A DNA stretch of 64,000 nucleotides from positions 1 to 64,000 of IMG/VR virus record IMGVR_UViG_3300018914_000001, one strand, 5' to 3'. The DNA comes from a virus (Duplodnaviria; Caudoviricetes). Below, one piece after another: positions 39,516 through 51,414 of this stretch; position 1 is the first letter of the stretch; each line of letters opens with the position of its first letter. The notes under the pieces were generated by a model. It saw only the letters and a list, made by a program, of their open reading frames with translations. It did no database searches and was not told where the DNA came from. The position numbers and the translations under genes are program-made.

Positions 39516-40694
39516 TCAGTTTTTTCTCGTATCAAAGTACCATTTTGCGGCTGTTTTTCGAATTTCAAGTTCAGTTTCTTTGTTGTCATACATGAGGAAT
39601 GCAAGACCACGAACGTATTTGCCATCTTCATTTTGCGTTTGCTCCATGACAAATTTGGCGTAATCCTTTCTCGACTGGCACTCTTCGCTCAGAGAATAAG
39701 TCCAGATATAGCCAGCCGCACATTCAAACTTTGCAGAAACAGAGCAGAGCAAATCTTGAAGCTCCTCAATTTCTGCGCGAAACTCTTCTGGCACAGCAGT
39801 AATAAGATCATTAAGTTTGCCTTCAACCCACGATTGAACTATTCGCTTTTTGGAGAGTCCATAGGCAATTCTATGGACTTTCATGTATTCGTCACCCTTT
39901 ACTTTCAAGCGAAGCACCGCACCGTCATCAAGCACCCAACGAAGTACGAAACCTTCCTCAGAGTAATGAAGTGTTTTGGCTTTAGCTACAATCTCCTCAA
40001 TTGTGCCTTCAACCTTTTTAGTTACTGGCAGGTTGAAAGATGAACCAAGAGCACTGAGGGTGCTGTAGCCAAAGTCAAAACCTGTAAATCTATTTGTTGC
40101 ACCAATTAATACTAAATCGGTAAAATCATATGGTACAACAACCTTTGTTTCAGGGTGAATAATTTCGCACATAAGAGTGAGAGCGATATATGTCCCACTA
40201 CGAAGGAAAAGGCTGTTAGAACGACTGTATTTATCATCCCAAATCTGTTGTGCAATTTGCGATTGAGGAGAGGTGAAACTGCCGCGAGTAGCCCAACGAA
40301 TCTTTCCATCCAGCCTGTACATGATGCCTAGGGAACCATCTTGTTTAATAGTGATTTCAGGCTTTGGCGCAATTTTTACTCCCGCAATATAACCATTGTT
40401 GGTTATCTTAGTGCGCGGAATCATTGCGTCAAAAGCAGGATTTTCGCCATAGTTGAAAAACTTGGGAAAAGGTCTAGCAAGAACTTCACCAGTTTTTTCG
40501 TTAAGAATCAATCCTCTACATTGAATGTTTATGCCGTTCCATTGGCGTGAATAAACAAGTTCAGGTGTATAGTTTAAAAGAATAACATCAGAGTTTTCAG
40601 GATGCCGAATGAGATTGACGTTACCCTTCTCCACTTCTATCATGTACTGTTCTTTGGTTGGTATAGTGCCATTGAGTTTCATTGATACAATCAC
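39516..40694 (-). CDS. T4 Rnl1-like RNA ligase
   Basis: CRGLI, PFPKFFN, KQDGSLG (motif I), EGFV, KVK. Confidence 0.88.
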   Translation of the reverse strand: MIVSMKLNGTIPTKEQYMIEVEKGNVNLIRHPENSDVILLNYTPELVYSRQWNGINIQCRGLILNEKTGEVLARPFPKFFNYGENPAFDAMIPRTKITNNGYIAGVKIAPKPEITIKQDGSLGIMYRLDGKIRWATRGSFTSPQSQIAQQIWDDKYSRSNSLFLRSGTYIALTLMCEIIHPETKVVVPYDFTDLVLIGATNRFTGFDFGYSTLSALGSSFNLPVTKKVEGTIEEIVAKAKTLHYSEEGFVLRWVLDDGAVLRLKVKGDEYMKVHRIAYGLSKKRIVQSWVEGKLNDLITAVPEEFRAEIEELQDLLCSVSAKFECAAGYIWTYSLSEECQSRKDYAKFVMEQTQNEDGKYVRGLAFLMYDNKETELEIRKTAAKWYFDTRKN

Positions 40695-41060
40695 TCTCCC
40701 ATTGTTTATTAGATGTATAGCCTGATAAAACTATTCAAGCTCACCACATCCCATTACTGTTTTCCCATCTGTAGAGTAAACAGGCGACAAGCTATTTGAG
40801 TGAGAACGACTTCTGAAATAGAAACATCCAGTCTCCTTGTGTTTAACTATGTCATACATTCCATATCCTTCGTAAACAACGCCATCTCGTACAAGAAGTA
40901 AATCGCTATTAGAGGTTGCGCTGTTGGCACTACATCCAATAGCTAACATCGAAAGAGTCAGAATAAAAACAAAATTTTTGTTCATAAGATAACCCCCTAA
41001 AAGATCGCTTTTCTGTATAGCATGATAATGGGGTAGTTTCCTACCCCACACCATTTTTAT

Positions 41061-41855
41061 TTACTTTACAATGCCTTTAGCACGTGCATTCTTCAACCAT
41101 TGAGGAAACTTGTACAACATCTTTTGGTATAGTTCGTCCTCACTCATTTTCAAGAAGTCATTCATAGAGAAAAAGCCTACATTGTCCAGCTTGCTTGCTT
41201 GCTGAAGGAAGTTGAATCCAAAGCCTATTCCTACGAATTGAAAGAAGATAGGAAGGTCTTTGGTAGCTTCCAACAGGCGCATAGCCTTTTCCCTGTCTTG
41301 ATTTTCTCCATCTGTGACAATCATTACATATGCAGGTTCTTCGACAGTTTCAATGGCGGTAGAGCCATCTTGCTTTTTGTTAAATCCAAAGATTTTTCCA
41401 ATCCCACCAAGGATACTGTTAAGTACGTTTTTAGCGGAGGCGGGTAAGATGCCAGTGCTGGCGTACTTGTCGATTACAGCCTGAATGGATGGTGCATATG
41501 CAGTTCCTCCATCAGTGCCATATCTTCTGTACAGATTGTCAGCGTAACCATAGAAGTCATCTTTACTCAGTTCGCCAATGTCAACGACAGAATGGTTCAG
41601 CAAGAACATGTCGATTGCTCCATTGTCATCAAAGCGAACACCAAGAGCCAGAAGCTTGTCTATAATAGCTTGTACAGTTCCATTGCGGAACATCCCATCC
41701 ATAGAAGGAGAGTAATCAGTGACAAGAGCTACTTTTGCCTTCTGTCCATTCAATCCGCAAACCTCAACAGCTTTTTGTGCAACCTTTTGAAGATTAACAA
41801 ACTGTTGCTGTGCTTCGGCCTTACCAAGATTTACTTTATAAAAAGGTTGAGACAT
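41061..41855 (-). CDS. vWA-domain protein (TerF-associated type)
   Basis: DYSPSM, GGTAYAP, TDGE, PIFFQFVGIG, LDNVGFF. Confidence 0.8.
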   Translation of the reverse strand: MSQPFYKVNLGKAEAQQQFVNLQKVAQKAVEVCGLNGQKAKVALVTDYSPSMDGMFRNGTVQAIIDKLLALGVRFDDNGAIDMFLLNHSVVDIGELSKDDFYGYADNLYRRYGTDGGTAYAPSIQAVIDKYASTGILPASAKNVLNSILGGIGKIFGFNKKQDGSTAIETVEEPAYVMIVTDGENQDREKAMRLLEATKDLPIFFQFVGIGFGFNFLQQASKLDNVGFFSMNDFLKMSEDELYQKMLYKFPQWLKNARAKGIVK

Positions 41856-41857
41856 TT

Positions 41858-42415
41858 TTATACTCCTCCTTGTTTGTCTACAGCCAAAAGACTGGTGACA
41901 ATTTCATTTACCATCTTGCCATCTGCTTTGCCTTTAACAAGAGGCATCAGTTTGCCCATCAGCTTGCCTTTATCAGAAGTGCTGTAGTAGTCGTGAGCTT
42001 CCATAATGCTCATGACCAAACCCTTTACTTCGTCATAGGACATTTGCTGAGGCATGAATTCCATCAGCAGTTTAATACTGTGTTCTTTCTCCATGCGAAT
42101 GCCAGCGTGAGTATTCGCTTTTTCATACTGTTGCGGATCAAATTCATCAGTGATTGCTACAGACTCAGGCAGAGCGTCGAGCATATCTTGATGAGATTTG
42201 ATTTCCTTTTTTACAACAGCAATAAACTCGTCTTCTGTGAGATCACGCCGCATCGCCTTTTCAGCTTTTTGCACAGCGTCTTTCAAGCCGCGATATGTAG
42301 ACAGACGGTTCTTTTCGGTTCCATCAGTCCAATCGCGCCCAATTTTACGAACATCTTGCATGGCGGTTTTGATAAGCCCCTCGATGCTGGAGTTGTATTT
42401 TTGATACAGACTCAT
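41858..42415 (-). CDS. GatB/YqeY-domain protein
   Basis: KKEIK...D, F+PQQMS..E+, GKLMGKLMP.VKGKADGK.VN. Confidence 0.8.
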   Translation of the reverse strand: MSLYQKYNSSIEGLIKTAMQDVRKIGRDWTDGTEKNRLSTYRGLKDAVQKAEKAMRRDLTEDEFIAVVKKEIKSHQDMLDALPESVAITDEFDPQQYEKANTHAGIRMEKEHSIKLLMEFMPQQMSYDEVKGLVMSIMEAHDYYSTSDKGKLMGKLMPLVKGKADGKMVNEIVTSLLAVDKQGGV

Positions 42416-43461
42416 TTCGACATCCTCCTTGTATTCAATTATTCCTCTACTAATAATATAAGGATTAGCAAAGGAATTGTCAACCCCTAAATACGAAATT
42501 TTTCTATTGAATTGATGGCTTTATTAAGAACTTTTAGTTCATCGGCTAATATTGACAACTTTGCCCTGCATTCTTCAATATGATTAATTTCCGTTGATGT
42601 ATTTAATGTATCAAGACATTCATTAATTTTTGCCCTTATGATTTCGCGTCTAAGCGCATAATCAAATTCAGGCGGGACAACAACTTCTTTATAAATATTG
42701 TCATCCATAATATGTCCAGATAATATTTTTACCCTGTAAATATGGTCATTTTTAGAGTAGAATTTTTCTGCATCAAGAGCAAGCATTTCTATAAATTTAT
42801 CTAGGATCAGTATAAAATCAGCATCTTTTCTAGATATACGAAGCTTCTCTATTAAAATGCTAACACAACTTCCTTTTCCAGCGTAATTATGAACATGAAT
42901 GATATATTCATCCAAACTACTAAAAGAAATGATTAATGAATCTCCTTTGATAGTAGTCTTACAGAGAATATATTGTTTTGCGAAATGAAACCATTTTTCA
43001 AATTTTTCTTTGCTAGCCTCCCCTATAATATTTACATAACTAACAAGTTTGTTCATTTCTTATCACCTCTCCTTTTATGCTTTACTATATTTCATTTCAT
43101 TCGTCTTCAAATCAAATTCAGCAAAGAGGTAACTTCCATCCTTCTCAATCTTAGCCCATCTAGATTGAATTTTACCACCACACGAACATTTGATTTTTTC
43201 TTTCTGTCGAATTTCGATTTGACCACATGATTTACACCAATTCACCAATTGAAGCATAGTTCTACACACCCTCTCATTTAGGCAAATAGCAAAAAGAATA
43301 TAAGACACATAATGATAAAAGCTCCAATCCATCTAATACAACGCCACACCAATTTAAAACAAAAAATAATAGCCATTAATATAATTTGCAAAATGTACGC
43401 TGGCAACATTAACAAAGTCCACAACCCAATAATCATTTTATTGAGAAATTTTTGATACATT

Positions 43462-44292
43462 TTATCCCTCTCCTGCAATTAGTTTTTCGCGTACACGTTG
43501 CCAAAATGGATGTGGGCGGTAACGTGCAAACTTTATTTTTTTATCTGCAAGTTGCACTGTTATTTTGTATACATTTCCAACATCAACTTTTTTTCCATCA
43601 ATTCCAATTACATAATCATTTCTATTATTTGGAATGTATATATCAAGTGTTTCTCCCCTGCCTAAAATCATAGGATTGTTTAGTATCTTAAACTTAACAT
43701 TGCTAATCCACGCCACCCCATTTACTTGCATACAATCCAAGGATGGATGATATATAGCACCGCCTAAAGAATGATTATATGCTGTAGAACCACATGGAGC
43801 GGACACTACAATGCCATCTCCATGCGCGACTTCAAATGGTTGTTCATTTACAAATAAAGACGCAACAAGTGTGTTGAAGTCAGTAGCCTTTATAGCTAAA
43901 TCATTAGCACTGTAGAAGGTGTGAATGCCTTCTTCCTTTGTTACAATGTCAACTCTGATTGTCGTGTAATCCGCAATCTCTGGCTCACCTTGTATCATCA
44001 TTTCAGCAAGCCTATGATATTCTTCTTTACCCCAATCAGCAAAAAAGCCCAAGGTTCCAGTGTGAATGCCTACGTAAGTACAATCGAATTGGTATTTATG
44101 AAACGCTCTTAATACTGTTCCATCTCCACCAACACAGATTACACACTGAGGTTTGTCACTCAATTCCCAGCCAGCACCTTGCAATCTGTGCAACATTTGG
44201 TCACGAACATTGACGCTATGATAATCTCCTTCATCCTTGATAATTATGTTAAACGTTTTCTTTTCGTTTTTCATAAACACACTCCCATTCAT
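43462..44292 (-). CDS. ppnK: NAD kinase
   Basis: GGDGT, GIHTGTLGFFADW, ND, GDG...S.P.GSTAYN.SLGG. Confidence 0.9.
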   Translation of the reverse strand: MNGSVFMKNEKKTFNIIIKDEGDYHSVNVRDQMLHRLQGAGWELSDKPQCVICVGGDGTVLRAFHKYQFDCTYVGIHTGTLGFFADWGKEEYHRLAEMMIQGEPEIADYTTIRVDIVTKEEGIHTFYSANDLAIKATDFNTLVASLFVNEQPFEVAHGDGIVVSAPCGSTAYNHSLGGAIYHPSLDCMQVNGVAWISNVKFKILNNPMILGRGETLDIYIPNNRNDYVIGIDGKKVDVGNVYKITVQLADKKIKFARYRPHPFWQRVREKLIAGEG

Positions 44293-44629
44293 CTAATTAT
44301 CTAAAGGTTATCATAATAATCTAAGATATCATAATAACTCATTATATCACCCTTTTATTCAAATGGAATACTTCTGTAGTCAATCATTCGATCACGAATT
44401 TTAACCCCATCAGTAGGTAATAAATATTTTAATATTTTTCCATCATACTCTAAAGATTTTGCTTCACAGTTGGAGGAGCCATGCTTATCCACAAGCTCCC
44501 ATGCAACCTCTCGCGGATAATATGTTAGCCCACCATCTTTAGGAATCAAAGTGTATCCAATAACGACAGGAATAACGCTCCCTTCCTGTTTCTTAGCAAC
44601 TGCATTAACAAGTTTGTAGTTCATGTTGT

Positions 44630-45235
44630 TTACACTCCTAGTTCTTTTTTTAGGTTGCCAAGCATAAGTTTGATCTCCTCTGGTGTAAAACGTTCGTATC
44701 CCACAGGTTCATTTCGATATGCGAATCTGTTGATATAGACATCCTTACTCTTCAGTTCTTGGTCGCTGAATTGGTATAAGAGAAGACATGTAGGCTCATC
44801 ACTGGCAATAATACTGTGAATCGTTTGAGTATCACAATAGTATCCCTGACCAGCAGTGTAAATGTTGCTAGTCTCTATGTCAAGCCCAAGATTTGCTTGA
44901 AAAATCAAACGTTGATCTCTAGGCTTGTACCAATCATAGGTATATTTCCTATAGTCATAACCTTCACCTTCTACAAAAGTGTCATGTTGTACAGAGCCAT
45001 ATAACACTTCTGTAGTGAAATTATAGCCATGATTGTGCGGATTTACAAGGTGTACACCTTTGGCTTCGATCAGCTCAGGAATGAGAAAAAAGAGTTTCAT
45101 GTTCATCTTCTCGCTCCTGAACAGGTCGATGTACCACAACCCTTTTGCGTGATAATCCTTGAAAGAGTTTTGAATACAAGACTTCATGGAAAGTTGGTCG
45201 ATCAAATTTGCTACGATGTGCTTGGCTATGCTCAT
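44630..45235 (-). CDS. Cupin-like hypothetical protein
   Basis: PHNH...EVLYG...IHSI pattern. Confidence 0.45.
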   Translation of the reverse strand: MSIAKHIVANLIDQLSMKSCIQNSFKDYHAKGLWYIDLFRSEKMNMKLFFLIPELIEAKGVHLVNPHNHGYNFTTEVLYGSVQHDTFVEGEGYDYRKYTYDWYKPRDQRLIFQANLGLDIETSNIYTAGQGYYCDTQTIHSIIASDEPTCLLLYQFSDQELKSKDVYINRFAYRNEPVGYERFTPEEIKLMLGNLKKELGV

Positions 45236-46692
45236 TGTAACATTACCTCCTAGTCGAAAACTCTTACGATCAGTTTAAATATCCCATAAACCAACCAGCC
45301 AACAGCTTCGATCAAATCAGAGATGATTGGAATATCAATCTTGCGATTTCGCTTCTTCATCTTCCTCAGCCTCCATACAAGTTTTCTCTTTCCCTTTTAA
45401 TAAATCTTGATACTCCTTACTACATCTTAGCACTTCACATCTTGGGCAGGGGGAAATGATGAAGAGTTTCCCTGCATAGATACATTTTTCTCCAGACACG
45501 TAAATGCAGTCTTTGGGCATTGCCATTAGTTGTTTCCTCCTAGAATATGAGTAATGCGAGAAAGAACAATGGAGTTAGCATAACTGCATACCAGAATCCA
45601 AAGACGAAAAATGCCACAACAAACTTCATGGGCGTTGAAGTTACACGCCTTCCATTGAAAGAGAATTTACCATTACTAAATTGCATGAAGAATGCGGTAA
45701 GAAACGTTATGACGATCCAAAGTAAGAAAAACTTAATGAACATTATATCACCCTCTCAATTTAGAATTAAAGGCACACCAAGTTTTAAAGCTTAATGGTT
45801 TTTCATATTCTTTTTTACATCTTCTGACATACAACCTATACCTCAATTTCAACCACCAACTCATTACGCCCCTCCTCTCTAAAATTCCTGTTTTATCGAG
45901 AGCTTAAATCCTATTTCGCAAATGTTTGCCACGTCTTTCTTTAAACCAACGCCTAATCGCTCTTTTAGCAAGCCACTTCGTTGGCTCGAAGCCACAACCG
46001 CAGACTGCCACATGAGTTTTTACACCTCTGTTAACAATATACCAGTAAAAACCAAAGTCTTTATCCGTTTCGATTTTACCAACATATCTTTTCAATTATT
46101 TCATCCCTCTCGATAAAAATTTTCTTTTAACGGAAATTACAACACTAAGATCACTTTGTAAAGTATAGCTGTCGTATCCTTCCGCATCTGTTACAGATAC
46201 TTTGTTGGAGCGCACTCAGATGGGCTACAAGAGTCTGTTATAGAACTAACCTTTTATTGATTTTAATGCGCCACTAATAGAACTAGAAATTCGTTTTGTG
46301 GCACTGCCAATAAACTCTGGTGTTATATCGCCATGAGACTTTATGCAGTCTCTTAAAGCACCAGCGATCAATTTATCAAGTGCCTCCACTTTAAGTTTAT
46401 CAACCTCCTCTATACTAACAATTCTAGTTTCTGCAATTTTTTTAATCTTTCTTCGCTCTTTTAATACTTTTACCACCTTGTTGTCATCTTGATTGTAAAG
46501 AATTTTCTTGTACGCAATTCCGTCGATTCCTACACACATTAAAATATGTGTAATTCCTCTCCCTTGTGCCTTAATGATGTTTACATTTGCACACTTTGAT
46601 TCTTGTAATAACTCAGTTAGCAATTTTTCCATGAGATCACCCTTTTCATAAAATCAATATTTCATTGGAATTGTTTAATTTGTCACAGATTT

Positions 46693-47133
46693 CTAATCTG
46701 TGACCTCTTCTAATAAGGCAAGAGCCTTTTTATATTTATCTGCCCTCTTGATATCCTTATCTGTAATATCTTTTAGTCTAGATAAATCTAAGTTATCTTT
46801 TAGGTCAAGAATCTTTACTCTACGTGCTACTTTATTTTTAGATAACCTGATTATAAATTCCTTATAAGACTCGCCCTTCTGTTTAGTAAGGCAAAGCACT
46901 GCTTCAATGATTTCTTCTGAAAATCCTTCTCTGCGTAAATCATGAATATTAATACAAGTATCTTCGACAACATCGTGTAAGACTGCTACACAACGATCAA
47001 TTTCATTTTTTGCTTTAATCATTAGCCTCAAAGGATGAAGGATATATTGCTCTCCAGCTTTATCTAATTGACCTGCATGAGCTTTTGTTGCTAAGATAAT
47101 TGCCTTACTAAGTTGATTCATTTCTATATCCAT
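46693..47133 (-). CDS. Small HD hydrolase (SpoT-HD/Mesh1-like)
   Basis: AH.GQ.DK.G..YI.HP, LHDVVEDT, VK..D..DN. Confidence 0.8.
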   Translation of the reverse strand: MDIEMNQLSKAIILATKAHAGQLDKAGEQYILHPLRLMIKAKNEIDRCVAVLHDVVEDTCINIHDLRREGFSEEIIEAVLCLTKQKGESYKEFIIRLSKNKVARRVKILDLKDNLDLSRLKDITDKDIKRADKYKKALALLEEVTD

Positions 47134-47968
47134 CTTTTGTTCATCCTTTCGTTTTACTCTAAGAAATGTATCCTTTTTCATGTAGAGAGATGAGGAGTTC
47201 AGCCTGAGATATCTTACCTTGCTGTATCCAGTATTCAATAGAGCCTTCTATCATGCTCTCCAGCTTTTTCTTGTCTGATTCAAGGTTGGTTTTTATAAAG
47301 TCAATCATGTTTGACATGATAATTCTCCTTCCTTTAAGTTGTCAAGTCATACCTACAACTACAATTTCCGCATGTTATTGTAGTGCCATCTGGAAACTCG
47401 TGTGCAGAAAAATCGTTTTTGCTTTCATTAATTGTATCAGATATGCTAGCATAGTCTTCATAGACTACACCAGTATCTGAATGTTTACTCGCAGTTCTCT
47501 TCAATTCATACTCAGAAGTCATACCACAATTCTCACATGAGATTTTCAATATGAATTTCATATGAGGGTCTTTATTATCAACTGTTACTGATTTAACATC
47601 TTCAGGTTGGAACCAATCTTTCAATTCGTCACCGCGCCACAAACTTATAAATAAGGTTCCTTCTGCATCTGCTCCATATTCAAATTCCTCTCCATCACTT
47701 TTGGTAATAACTCCATGATTAGTAGTGATGTCTTGTACTTTTCTCCAATTTATTTTCATACACTCATCATGAGTCATCTCTTTCACCTCTGAGGAAGAGT
47801 TCAAGCGTATTGCTCTTCATTGCCTCTTTCGGAATAGCCTTATGAGCAGGAGTAATGTTCCATCCTACTATCTCTCCATTTTGAAACACTGGTGTAGCAC
47901 CATTGCACAACCCCATCTTTGGGCTAACATTCGTGTAGAAGTCATCAAGCTCACTTTTAGACACGTCT

Positions 47969-48562
47969 CTAGCTATGAACATCTTGCACTCCTCCTGTTT
48001 GGATCAGTTTAATAGCTTTTTCTCCAGAGCTAGTTAGACTATACCATCTATGACTTCCTGCCTCCCAATAGCTTACTAACTCTTTGTTACGCAACTGACG
48101 CAGAGAGTATGTGACGATCTCCAATTCTGAAGAGTGAGTTGATACCATGATCTCCATAGGAGTAATGCGTGGATTCGCCGCAAGACAAAAAAGAACACTC
48201 TTCTCATGCAGTGATAGCGACAAGCAGGTTTTAACAAACTGCTCCAACGCCATCCAGTAGATAATCATTTGGCTTATACCATGAGCTAGTCCTAGGTTAA
48301 AACTCTGAAGGTCGCTAGGACGTTCATCATAGATTGTTTGTTCTAAAAGATAGCGAATATTATCTAGAGTAGAAGTATCTTTTGTATGCAACATTTCTGA
48401 TGTATACTGCATTACTGCCAAGAGATGGTCTGTAACCTCTTCTTTGTTAGAAAGCTCCTTCCACTTAATAAGCGACTTCAAAATTAAAGAGTCCATTGTC
48501 CTATCCTTCCTTCTCATGGAAGACGGGCTAGAGATAACCCCTAGCCCGTCTTGGCGCGTCAT
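47969..48562 (-). CDS. Winged-helix (MarR-like C-terminus) protein
   Basis: ITP.EI...VTYSLRQL..KELV....R.YSLT.SG. Confidence 0.5.
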   Translation of the reverse strand: MTRQDGLGVISSPSSMRRKDRTMDSLILKSLIKWKELSNKEEVTDHLLAVMQYTSEMLHTKDTSTLDNIRYLLEQTIYDERPSDLQSFNLGLAHGISQMIIYWMALEQFVKTCLSLSLHEKSVLFCLAANPRITPMEIMVSTHSSELEIVTYSLRQLRNKELVSYWEAGSHRWYSLTSSGEKAIKLIQTGGVQDVHS

Positions 48563-49407
48563 TCTCCTTTTAATAATACCTTATGCCTCTTATGCCTGTC
48601 AAGAAGATTCTTACACTTCTCACAAACAGATATGCATATATCAGCGGTACGAACTTCGCCTTTTTTCATTTCTTTTTTTGTCATAACGACAGTAGCTGGC
48701 TGTCTGCATATTGTGCAACTATACCCATCCCTTTCAAGTACAACCTCTCGCAAAGGACGCTGTTTCTTGTGAAGTTTAATTGTATCTCTGCTAACAACAA
48801 CAGCACGATTCTCGCTCACTTCTTTAATCGCATCTTTCATGTCGTACTTCATAGGCTTGTCCTTGTCTAGCCAGTCAGCATACACCCAAGCAAATTTCAA
48901 GGATTCGTCAAGAGTGGGAACCTGAACCTCTTCAAGCTTCTCTTCAAACTCTTTAAGCTCTCCCTGTTTTGCTTCGCGTTGAACAATCCGTATATGCTCA
49001 TTTTTAAAATAGCTAGCCCAGACATCAGCTTGTCCATGTGAATACTTCTGTAGACTGATAACGTTGGCATCCACAGCGCCTATAACGCTCTCCATTGTCG
49101 CAATCAATCCTTTGATATCAAGAGAAGCCAAGATTAGCGTTAGGTTATCAAGTTCACGCTTCACCACTCTGCGGCGACGAAGGATTGCTTGCTGTCTTTT
49201 TAAAAGGTTATGGCTTTTACTTACATGGACAAGTTCTGTTACTTCAATTTCATGATAAAGATTGGATAGATCAGACTGTAGTCCTTCAAGTTCATATGCA
49301 AATTCAGAGTATTTATCTCTGATGCCCCTCAATGTCTCCAGTAATGTTTTTATAAATTGCTGAGATTCAAGGGTAACGTCCGCATATGTTTTTATCTTAG
49401 TAGTCAT
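48559..49407 (-). CDS. Coiled-coil protein with degenerate HNH-like C-terminus
   Basis: REVVLERDGYSCTIC...CEKC without the catalytic His. Confidence 0.45.
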   Translation of the reverse strand: MTTKIKTYADVTLESQQFIKTLLETLRGIRDKYSEFAYELEGLQSDLSNLYHEIEVTELVHVSKSHNLLKRQQAILRRRRVVKRELDNLTLILASLDIKGLIATMESVIGAVDANVISLQKYSHGQADVWASYFKNEHIRIVQREAKQGELKEFEEKLEEVQVPTLDESLKFAWVYADWLDKDKPMKYDMKDAIKEVSENRAVVVSRDTIKLHKKQRPLREVVLERDGYSCTICRQPATVVMTKKEMKKGEVRTADICISVCEKCKNLLDRHKRHKVLLKGE

Positions 49408-50210
49408 GACGCGCCCTCCTCCTTGTTGTATAAATTTCTCTTTTAGTGCGATAATGGAAAGGAGCTTATTTAAGATTAAACTCCTTTTTAATCGCGTCAA
49501 GGTCTGCTTGACTTCTGTAGGTGCGAATATGCATATCGCCATACACACAGCCAACATCAATTCCATCATTTCTAAGAATGATGTTATTTTCGTATTTGAT
49601 AACAGAGTCACCAGTAATGTAGTGCCCATCCTTGATGACGATATATCGTACACCATCGTCACCAGAGGAACAGCCAGTCAACATAAGCATTGTGACAACC
49701 AATATCGACAGAGTTTTTTTCATTTTACTCACGACCTTTCAAGAGGTTTAAACTTTAGGAGGGCTTTGTTAGCCCTCCCTACCTATTAGTTAGGATACAC
49801 GCCAATGAGCGAAATACTAAATTTAATAGGTGAAAATTTGTACTTGCGAAAAGAGTTTGATAAATGTTTTAACACTTCTTGACGTGGCGCTTCAGCACAA
49901 CGCACAACAACCAGTGGATTGCTATCAGATTCTTTGACAACCTCCTGCTCTAATGCTGTCATGTCAAACACATGATGAACAGTGGCAAAAGTCTCTTCAT
50001 GCTTAATGCGAACTTTCGATAGGTTGCCCTCAATGTCTGAAAAAGCTTTCTTCGCCGCCGTTGATGCTTCTTGTGTGGCTTGCATCTTATCAGCCAAAGC
50101 TTATACCTCCTTCTCGGTTACAATAATCTTTGTATTAGTAGAATAAAACAGAACAGGGGAATCCGTCAAGCTTTTTCTTAGCGGCTTCCCCTGTAAGTTT
50201 GGTTAACATA

Positions 50211-51242
50211 TTAAATTGCATGAACCTTAGCATAAACCTCTTGTGGGTCAATGCCATAAAGTTTCGTAATCACTTCTTCGTTGATGTACTCTTTCATGTT
50301 CCAGATGTGATTGATGTTGAATTTCTCAGCAACTTTATTCAAGAGTTCTTTGTTTATTTCGCCATAGATCATCATAAGCTCTTTGGCATAGTAGATCATG
50401 CCAGAGCGTACAATGTCTTTAGCAGTCAGATTTCGGTATTCAAAACCTGCTCTATTCCTCACCTGTTCGATACGATGAGTGATAAGGTCTTTTTTGGCAG
50501 GTGCATCATAAGTCTTATTGCGATTGGCAACAGCGCGAACAACATAATCATTGTCAATCAAGTCAATGGTTCGCGGAATATTGGCGGGTATGCTGTCATC
50601 CATATCTCCATTGTCTTTGTAGTAGACCTTTACTTTAATTGCCTCTTCCACCGCCTTAATTGTGCGCGGATGAACAGCCATATGGTAAGGTTCGCCCTGA
50701 GCGTTCGTTCTTGCAGTAAGACGAAGAACACTGCCAGAGAGAACGTCTTGTTTTTTAAGATTGCGGATTTCCGAAAACTCCTTGCCTTGAACACCTTCGA
50801 ACAACAAGTAGAAGGGGATTGCGTCTTGCGGATTTTCACAAAAGTCAGCAAGCGTCATGATCTCATCAAAAGAGTAGTACTCTCTTACAGTTTCGTCGGC
50901 AAATTGGTTCCACCACTCTCTGCCGACAGTTGCCAGTGGATTAAATTTTCGCAAGTTCATGGTAACAGCCCAAGAAAAATAACTGCTGAGAATGCGCCCA
51001 TACGTGCGGGCATTGCCAAGAGTTGAAGGGTTCAGAGTCTTCATCAGAGATGTAACCTCTGCTACGTTAAATTCTGCCAACTCTTTCTTAAGTGCCTCTT
51101 CAAAGTTGCGGCACTTCTCTAAAAGAAGCTTGTAGTCAGCTCGTGTGCTGTCTTTTTTGATTGTTTGCAAAAATGCTTCCTTGCGTTCTTGCGCATACAT
51201 TGTTTTAGCTTCCGTTTGTCCTTCTTGAATGGTCATAACCAT
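50211..51242 (-). CDS. Tyrosine-recombinase-fold protein with degenerate catalytic motifs (SPbeta repressor-like)
   Basis: SAM-like N-domain, LLFEGVQGKEFSEI..LK (no catalytic Arg), KDIVRSG in place of HxLR. Confidence 0.65.
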   Translation of the reverse strand: MVMTIQEGQTEAKTMYAQERKEAFLQTIKKDSTRADYKLLLEKCRNFEEALKKELAEFNVAEVTSLMKTLNPSTLGNARTYGRILSSYFSWAVTMNLRKFNPLATVGREWWNQFADETVREYYSFDEIMTLADFCENPQDAIPFYLLFEGVQGKEFSEIRNLKKQDVLSGSVLRLTARTNAQGEPYHMAVHPRTIKAVEEAIKVKVYYKDNGDMDDSIPANIPRTIDLIDNDYVVRAVANRNKTYDAPAKKDLITHRIEQVRNRAGFEYRNLTAKDIVRSGMIYYAKELMMIYGEINKELLNKVAEKFNINHIWNMKEYINEEVITKLYGIDPQEVYAKVHAI

Positions 51243-51414
51243 TCCCTCCTGCCAAAGTAATGTTTGCTGTTTGCTAGCATTAAAGTGGTGCTGTTGTAAC
51301 CACCCTTACATTATCATTATATGCAGTTGGGCTTGGTTTATACCATAGGAGTTCGCTGGAAGCATAAAATTTTAGCCCAACTTTCAAGGGGAGGGAAGCC
51401 CTGCCCCTTGAAAT

